This document shows positions 60,114 through 64,000 of a stretch of 64,000 nt of DNA, one piece after another; the stretch's first letter is position 1; every line of letters starts with the position of its first letter. The DNA is from a virus. The notes under the pieces are model-generated. The model was not told the DNA's origin and did no database searches. It worked only from the letters and a program-made list of their open reading frames with translations. The DNA is taken from positions 3,726 through 67,725 of IMG/VR virus record IMGVR_UViG_3300013132_000048; one strand, given 5' to 3'. The position numbers and the translations under genes were made by a program.

Positions 60114-63100
60114 TTATTCAAATTCTGTTAATATTGGTGTTACCCTTCTTCTTCTTATTTCAAAGTCGGATTCATCATCTATTTCATCATTTATATTAAA
60201 TCTAGTTGCATTGTTAAGTGTGCCAACTGGATAAATTGGTGCTCTATTAAACCCATTAGAGTCTATTCCGGGGGCAATATCGTGTATTGGAGTAAAGCTA
60301 GCTCTAACTTTGCACATTTTAGGCGCTCTTGAATTAAGAACATCTGTTTCCCACATTATGTTTTCTTCAATCCAAGTAAATGATAAATTTGTTATAAATC
60401 CTGCTAATCCTTTACCTCTAGTTGTTTCAAATGATTTAAATATAGGATTTTGTGTCTTATCTAAGAAAGATTGAACTTCGCTAGCTACTGAGCTAGTATC
60501 TAAAGATGCTGAACTTGTTTGCGGCGGAGCATTTGCTCGGGCAACCCTGAGTACTTCAGAATCTATCGGATTAATGAAATAAAAAAATGGTAATCTTAAA
60601 TAAAACTGATCAGCAGCTTGAATTTCATTCCCTGGAATCGGATTTTTAAACCTTATTTTATAATAATTTTGCAAGGGGTTGATCTCGTCTATTATTGCTT
60701 CAACTACTTCAACTATTGCGTCTTGCTCTTCAAGAGAAGTAAAAATTCTTGCCTGTCGTCTTGAAGTTTCAGCTTCATCTCCTCCTGATGGCGTAATTAA
60801 TTGAAGACCTTCTTTTGCTGGAATTTCATCTGTTATAGAATGCCAATATTCTCTATTAGCTTGATAGATATCTGCTCTAAAAGAGAATGTTATATTAAAA
60901 GCTTCCCCTACGCCAAATAATCCTCTCAGCATAGCATCTCTAGTTAATTCAATCTCCTGTAATAGTCTTCTTTGATTTTCTTCAGCATCAGCTCTTCTTG
61001 ATGCTGCCGCAGCATTGTTAATTTGAAAAACAGTATCCGATTCTCCGACTCCAAATAGTCTAGCCAAATTAAATCCACTAAAATTACTCTTAATAACATC
61101 ACCAATTCTCAATCTAATCATGGGAGATGATCCTGGTAATTGAGAAAATGGTTGAATAAATTTATTTCCATCTGTTGATTGTAAAGCTCTACCTTGAGTA
61201 AATTGAGGATATAATAACGTAGTTAATTTATTTACTTTATACCACATATCATCGAAATCTTTTTCATTAGTAGCAACAATTATAAAATCAAAAGAAATAT
61301 CTCTTTTTGTTGATGTATATGTTTGTACAGAATCTATTCGTCCATAACCATCAGTTTCGCTATAGCGTGGTGTATAATTGTCTGCTAAACTTTCTAAAAA
61401 GGCATGGAATGAAATTATTTCATTTGTTCTTAAATCATGCATATAAAACGGAACATAGCTTGCATCTAATTTTTTCTCTATTTCTGCAACTTCTTCTTGT
61501 CCTAATCTTGATCTTGATGTCTGTGTTGTATTTCTTCTGTTTAGAAGAATTGATGTTTTTTCTGATCCATTTCCTGTGATTCTTGCTTCTGCTTGCAATA
61601 AAGTTTCTGGTAAAATAAATCTGGATGGAGTTGTATTACTAGCAATTGCTTGAGTCGCATGGCGGACGCCAATAGTTTTAGAAGCTTGTTCAGATAAAAA
61701 AGTTTTATATGGCAATGCATATGTATTTATTTCTTCTTCATCTCCATTATTGATAATATCATTTATATTGTGCTCGTAAGTATATGTGCGTACATTATAC
61801 TTATTAGATCCTCCATTAGAAAAATTTGGATCTATAGTCTTTCTATACAAAGATATATCTCCTATATTTGCTAAAGAATTTAAAAATCCAATTAATTTAG
61901 AATTTTTTAAGTCTAAATACGCTTTATAGTTATTAGTTATGTCGGAACTAATACCAATTTTTGGATTATAATCGAGTCCACCTAATGTGGTAGCATCTGG
62001 ATTCTGTATAGTGTTCTCTCCGTCCGCACGCCTCACTTGATTTGTTACTTGATCAACGTTGACTGATATGAATGGATTGGAAATTCCACTTAAAATTTCT
62101 TTATTAAACAGTCTTACTATTGTTCTCATTATTAAATTATAATATTCAGGAGATTGTTGATATCTAGATATTGTTCTTATATCTGGTGGGACCGTAGTTA
62201 ATGGTGGAGATTTTGTTCGTCTAACAAGCCCTAATCTACTTGAACTTGAACTGCCACCACTTGAAACAAAACCAGAGCTTGTTGAACTTGAACTGCCACC
62301 ACTTGAAACAAAACCAGAGCTTGTTGAAGAAGAAGAAGAATTATCAAGTATATTTTGAATATCTAAATCAAAAAATATTTCCAATCCTTTCATTACGCAT
62401 TCATGATAAGAATGCTGTGTTGGTATAAGAAGAATTGAATCTACATTAGAAGAAATATTATCAATAACGTTTGCAATTATACTGATTAATAATGCGCCAG
62501 CAACGTTTGAAACAGTACTATCTAAACTATCAAATGGAGCTAAATAACTATTGACATTTCCATTAGAAAATATTTTTTCATCAGTTTCTGTTTTTATATC
62601 AGTTTTATTATTTGGTTTACTAAAATTAGAATTAATTTTTTCTAAAATTTCAGTTTGAGTAAATCTATTTACCGGAATTTTTAGTCCTAATCTTGTTGCT
62701 CCAGGTGAAGGTGAATTGCTAGAATAATATCTATCTTTTATTTCCGAATAAATGTCTGCGGCAAACGTTGAAATATCTTGTTTATCATTATCTGGAGTAA
62801 AGTTTTCTCCAGAAGATTTCATTAGTAGTTGAATTGCAAAAGTTTTTAATTTTTCTATGTGAATTGCATTTAATTCTTCATTTTCAAGATTTGAATTATT
62901 AGTTCTTGGAAATTTTCTTGGAGAATGTTTACCTAGATCTGGTTGAACAATTAATTTTCCTACTGTTAGGATTTCATTTTTCTCAACATAATCACTTTGA
63001 TCTTTTACATAAACATTGTTCGGGTTTTGTAAATTATTATCAGATAAAACATTATTAATTGCGTCTACAACTAATCCTGATGAATTATTACCATTTGGAG

Positions 63101-63590
63101 TTACTTGCGAATAAACCTGTTCAATATCTGGACCAATTGGAAATTCTTTTCCTTTACGTATTTGTAAAGGTATATAATTTTGTCCTTCATTAAAATAATT
63201 TACAGCTTGTCTCCCATCTGAATTAGGAGATCTTATATAGGTGTCTGTAAATTTAGTTTCAGCAGCAGTTGGATTATCTATTATAGGTGCTGTAAATCCC
63301 CCAGGTAATTTTTGAGTTGACATTACAGAACCAATCGATACGCTATATTTATTCTGTCCTTCTTTAGACATTTTATAGAGATGAGTAGATGTAATTTGTT
63401 TATAATTTTCTGTTACATCATCTCCAAACGGTGACGCCCCACCAATAGTATTTTCTGTAAATTTTGCCGGTCTTTTTTCCTCCATTGCCGTTGTATATAC
63501 AATGACTCGTGTAGTCGAAGGATTTAATAATTTTTTTTCCTCGGGCTTTGGTAATATGTCTGTAAAAATTGAAAAATCATCAATTGGCAT
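60114..63590 (-). CDS. Large tail protein with tube-initiator-like domain
   Basis: 1158 aa. FHAFLESLADNY...YGRIDSVQTYTSTKRDISFDF...LYPQ...PMIRLRIGD and GFITNLSFTW...APKMCKV..SFTPIHD. Confidence 0.65.
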   Translation of the reverse strand: MPIDDFSIFTDILPKPEEKKLLNPSTTRVIVYTTAMEEKRPAKFTENTIGGASPFGDDVTENYKQITSTHLYKMSKEGQNKYSVSIGSVMSTQKLPGGFTAPIIDNPTAAETKFTDTYIRSPNSDGRQAVNYFNEGQNYIPLQIRKGKEFPIGPDIEQVYSQVTPNGNNSSGLVVDAINNVLSDNNLQNPNNVYVKDQSDYVEKNEILTVGKLIVQPDLGKHSPRKFPRTNNSNLENEELNAIHIEKLKTFAIQLLMKSSGENFTPDNDKQDISTFAADIYSEIKDRYYSSNSPSPGATRLGLKIPVNRFTQTEILEKINSNFSKPNNKTDIKTETDEKIFSNGNVNSYLAPFDSLDSTVSNVAGALLISIIANVIDNISSNVDSILLIPTQHSYHECVMKGLEIFFDLDIQNILDNSSSSSTSSGFVSSGGSSSSTSSGFVSSGGSSSSSRLGLVRRTKSPPLTTVPPDIRTISRYQQSPEYYNLIMRTIVRLFNKEILSGISNPFISVNVDQVTNQVRRADGENTIQNPDATTLGGLDYNPKIGISSDITNNYKAYLDLKNSKLIGFLNSLANIGDISLYRKTIDPNFSNGGSNKYNVRTYTYEHNINDIINNGDEEEINTYALPYKTFLSEQASKTIGVRHATQAIASNTTPSRFILPETLLQAEARITGNGSEKTSILLNRRNTTQTSRSRLGQEEVAEIEKKLDASYVPFYMHDLRTNEIISFHAFLESLADNYTPRYSETDGYGRIDSVQTYTSTKRDISFDFIIVATNEKDFDDMWYKVNKLTTLLYPQFTQGRALQSTDGNKFIQPFSQLPGSSPMIRLRIGDVIKSNFSGFNLARLFGVGESDTVFQINNAAAASRRADAEENQRRLLQEIELTRDAMLRGLFGVGEAFNITFSFRADIYQANREYWHSITDEIPAKEGLQLITPSGGDEAETSRRQARIFTSLEEQDAIVEVVEAIIDEINPLQNYYKIRFKNPIPGNEIQAADQFYLRLPFFYFINPIDSEVLRVARANAPPQTSSASLDTSSVASEVQSFLDKTQNPIFKSFETTRGKGLAGFITNLSFTWIEENIMWETDVLNSRAPKMCKVRASFTPIHDIAPGIDSNGFNRAPIYPVGTLNNATRFNINDEIDDESDFEIRRRRVTPILTEFE
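62240..62328 (-). repeat. Perfect 42-bp tandem duplication (2.1 copies), in frame
   Basis: TTGAACTTGAACTGCCACCACTTGAAACAAAACCAGAGCTTG at 62240-62281 and 62282-62323; encodes STSSGFVSSGGSSS twice, next to a (GAA)n poly-Ser run. Confidence 0.95.
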
Positions 63591-63605
63591 AAATTATAGT
63601 AATAA

Positions 63606-63779
63606 CTATTTTTCTATTTTATTTTCAGAAATAATATTATTATTTTCTAAAGAATTATATAATTCTTCTATTGATTTTATAATTTCTTGCCTCTTATCTT
63701 CAGGTATTTGATTTATTAAGAATTGATTCTTTGGATTTGAGATAAATTTAATAAATAATTTATTTTTATAATTTTTCAT
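63606..63779 (-). CDS. Small hypothetical protein (57 aa, below the ORF-track cutoff)
   Basis: ATG 63779 to TAG 63606: MKNYKNKLFIKFISNPKNQFLINQIPEDKRQEIIKSIEELYNSLENNNIISENKIEK; fills the gap between two co-directional genes. Confidence 0.55.
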   Translation of the reverse strand: MKNYKNKLFIKFISNPKNQFLINQIPEDKRQEIIKSIEELYNSLENNNIISENKIEK

Positions 63780-63783
63780 ATTA

Positions 63784-64000
63784 TTAACCCTTTACCCCAG
63801 GCACAACTAGTTCCCTGTCGATTAATATGTTCGCAACATCATCTGCGCTCAAATTCACTTTAAGATTTATTGTAAAATTAAGACTACCAGTTTCAATTCT
63901 ATAACTCATATCTTGTCCTAAAGATTCGCCTATTCGCTGGAGATTTGATGCAATTTCTATTGGCATTGCAACTAGATTTATTAAATCATTGTTTACTCTC
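63784..64000 (-). CDS. C-terminal end of a gene entering from the window edge (possibly tape measure protein)
   Basis: Frame open to the edge (RVNNDLINLVAMPIE...NFTINLKVNL...). Position upstream of tube-initiator, LysM and hub genes is typical of tape measure genes. Confidence 0.45.
   Translation of the reverse strand, partial: RVNNDLINLVAMPIEIASNLQRIGESLGQDMSYRIETGSLNFTINLKVNLSADDVANILIDRELVVPGVKG

Larger units (their letters stand above)
1..64000. other. Segment of a large lytic-type tailed phage (jumbo/huge myovirus-like) genome
   Basis: Baseplate, tail-tube, LysM-type and LamG structural genes occur with primase, helicase, SbcCD, RNR, ThyX, inteins, homing endonucleases and a peptidoglycan amidase. 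Genes are tightly packed, no cellular housekeeping operons and no integrase are seen. Confidence 0.93.

Noticed and set aside
1067-63711. Many 60-115 aa ORFs nested antisense or out of frame inside long genes (e.g. 1067-1285, 35181-35522, 45444-45788, 58482-59336)
   Set aside because: They are shadows of well-supported genes, with no motifs or translation signals.
1-64000. Stop-codon reassignment (alternative genetic code), as in some large phages
   Set aside because: Standard-code ORFs tile the window densely, and TAA, TGA and TAG all end genes at sensible boundaries.
1-64000. CRISPR array, tRNA or rRNA genes
   Set aside because: No spaced direct repeats or cloverleaf/rRNA-like segments seen; intergenic gaps are mostly too short. 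A covariance search was not run.

Overview
The window is an AT-rich, gene-dense segment of a large tailed (contractile-tail, jumbo/huge-type) bacteriophage genome read in the standard code. I see no tRNA, rRNA or CRISPR array. 1-28.4 kb (+): baseplate/tail structural genes (gp6/J-like wedge, LamG-type and collar-type proteins), interrupted by two free-standing homing-endonuclease-like genes. 28.5-42.8 kb (+): replication and nucleotide genes (gp4-like nuclease, RuvC-like resolvase, adenine MTase, primase, fused SbcD-SbcC, 5'-3' exonuclease, DnaB-like helicase, nrdB, nrdA with two LAGLIDADG inteins). 42.9-55.4 kb (+): accessory region (2H phosphoesterase, amidase, membrane anchor, actin-like ATPase, proteases, thyX with an HNH intein, HNH genes, UvsE, CCA-adding enzyme fusion). 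55.4-64 kb (-): minimal family A polymerase and a second tail block. Main candidates for new biology: (1) an amidase / single-pass membrane protein / volactin-like actin unit; (2) accessory proteins, including the CCA-adding enzyme and 2H phosphoesterase, with shared Glu-rich leaders that could be capsid-targeting/processing signals for injected tRNA-repair or anti-defence cargo; (3) a pervasive [ST]-[GAS]-S motif confined to a subset of virion proteins; (4) a visible HNH insertion scar with a displaced gene 5' end. All family calls are from motif recognition by eye; no searches were run.
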